DNA of 54,692 nt from Puniceicoccales bacterium (GTDB lineage Bacteria > Verrucomicrobiota > Verrucomicrobiia > Opitutales > UBA953): assembly GCA_031285745.1 (NCBI GenBank), contig JAITVQ010000161.1, positions 1-54,692 on the forward strand, given 5' to 3'. This document shows, in pieces, positions 53,765 through 54,692 of the stretch. The position numbers were made by a program, and so were the translations under genes. The notes beneath the pieces were generated by a model that was not told the origin of the DNA, did not search any database, and saw only the letters and a list, made by a program, of their open reading frames with translations. Position 1 is the stretch's first letter; every line of letters starts with the position of its first letter.

Positions 53765-54692
53765 ATGACAACCAATACTCCCATGAACAATACGCCGGAT
53801 ACCCCTCCGCTCGGTGGCCTCAACCCTGCCGATTTGCTTCGTCAGGGGGCAACCGATGACACCCAGTTTGAAGACAAGGGGGTTACCTTCAACCCCCCAG
53901 CCTTGGAAGACCTCGCCAAGATATTCCCCCAGTTTGAAATCCTGGAACTCATCGGACGCGGCGGCATGGGTGCTGTCTATAAGGTTCGCCAACGGGAACT
54001 CGACCGGATTGTCGCCCTGAAGATTCTTCCGCAGGAGATCAGCGCGGATCCCTCCTTTGCCGGACAGTTTGCCCGCGAAGCCAAGGCTCTCGCCCAACTA
54101 AACCACCCCAATATTGTCACCCTTTACGAATTTGGCCAAGCTCAGGGACTCTATTACATCCTCATGGAATATGTGGATGGCCTGAACCTGCGACGCCTGA
54201 TGGACAATGGGCGTATTTCCCCGCGTGAAGCCCTCGCCATCGTTCCGCAGATTTGCGACGCCCTCCAATACGCCCATGACCGCAAGATCATCCATCGCGA
54301 TATCAAGCCGGAGAATATCCTGCTTGATCGCCTGGGACGAGTGAAAGTCGCCGACTTCGGCTTGGCCAAACTGGTTGCCGACGCCCAAACGCCTTCGTCA
54401 GAATCCTCGCCGGCTGCCGTCTCCTCGCACGAAACCCTGCTCATGAAAGACGGCAAGATCATGGGTACCCCGGCCTATATGGCCCCGGAGCAGCGCGAGA
54501 CGCCCTCCGCCGTTGACCACCGGGCTGACATTTATGCTCTGGGCGTTGTTTTCTACCAGATGCTCACCGGAGAACTGCCGGGCAAACCCTTGGAAATCCC
54601 CTCGCGCAAGGTCCAGATCAACGTCAAGCTCGATGAGGTTGTCCTGCGCGCCTTGGAAAAGAACCCCGACCGGCGTTATGCGCAGGCGAGTG
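53765..54692 (+). CDS. Ser/Thr protein kinase (Hanks type), 3'-truncated by the window end
   Basis: Not in the ORF track because no stop codon is reached. ATG at 53765. Motifs present: GRGGMGAVYK, VALK, HRDIKPENIL, DFG and GTPAYMAPE. Confidence 0.95.
   Translation, partial: MTTNTPMNNTPDTPPLGGLNPADLLRQGATDDTQFEDKGVTFNPPALEDLAKIFPQFEILELIGRGGMGAVYKVRQRELDRIVALKILPQEISADPSFAGQFAREAKALAQLNHPNIVTLYEFGQAQGLYYILMEYVDGLNLRRLMDNGRISPREALAIVPQICDALQYAHDRKIIHRDIKPENILLDRLGRVKVADFGLAKLVADAQTPSSESSPAAVSSHETLLMKDGKIMGTPAYMAPEQRETPSAVDHRADIYALGVVFYQMLTGELPGKPLEIPSRKVQINVKLDEVVLRALEKNPDRRYAQAS

Noticed and set aside
53596-54462. - strand ORFs 53596..53823, 53696..54097, 54098..54388 and 54154..54462
   Set aside because: They overlap, in antisense, the Ser/Thr kinase. 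The kinase has every Hanks motif but is missing from the ORF track because it runs off the window.

Overview
The window has two parts. Bases 1..36998 look like a complete Mu-like transposable prophage of about 37.0 kb. Bases 36999..54692 are ordinary host chromosome of a moderately GC-rich Gram-negative bacterium. The sulfatase pair, Ser/Thr kinase and MacAB-TolC cluster suggest a Verrucomicrobiota or Planctomycetota-type genome, but that is inference only.

Prophage layout: an immunity and early module is read rightwards on the + strand. It contains an XRE repressor, a Ner-like HTH, a DDE transposase, a MuB-like AAA+ ATPase, small early ORFs, Gam, a DUF5131-like three-Cys protein, a PP-loop PAPS-reductase-like protein, a GemA-like protein, DnaB and a small methyltransferase. 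A tightly packed late module is read leftwards on the - strand. It runs from an HTH regulator through lysis genes, TerS, TerL, a portal with an extra C-terminal domain, protease-scaffold, capsid, connector proteins, tail tube and tape measure. It ends with a collagen-like fibre, a second fibre, a GT25 glycosyltransferase, an unknown ORF and a Dam-type methyltransferase.

The element starts with TGT at base 1 and ends with ACA at 36998. The two ends share inverted GCAGGAAA and AAAGGGT motifs. There is no integrase and no tRNA att site. The insertion seems to cut a host membrane-protein gene.

Host genes: a DUF4870-like membrane protein, a DUF3142-like protein, a MacB/ABC/MacA/TolC efflux operon, an Omp85-type barrel, SufT, HemW, a GNAT, an EamA transporter, two divergent sulfatases and a 5'-partial Ser/Thr kinase.

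Most interesting candidates:
- the early DUF5131 + PP-loop + methyltransferase block, as a possible uncharacterised DNA-modification or anti-restriction module;
- a portal fused to a barnase/EndoU/RelE-like (PBECR-type) domain;
- a GT25 enzyme, from the family that includes collagen galactosyltransferases, encoded next to a collagen-repeat tail fibre;
- a self-encoded DnaB in a transposable phage.

All family assignments come from motifs read by eye and remembered family signatures. No database search was possible.
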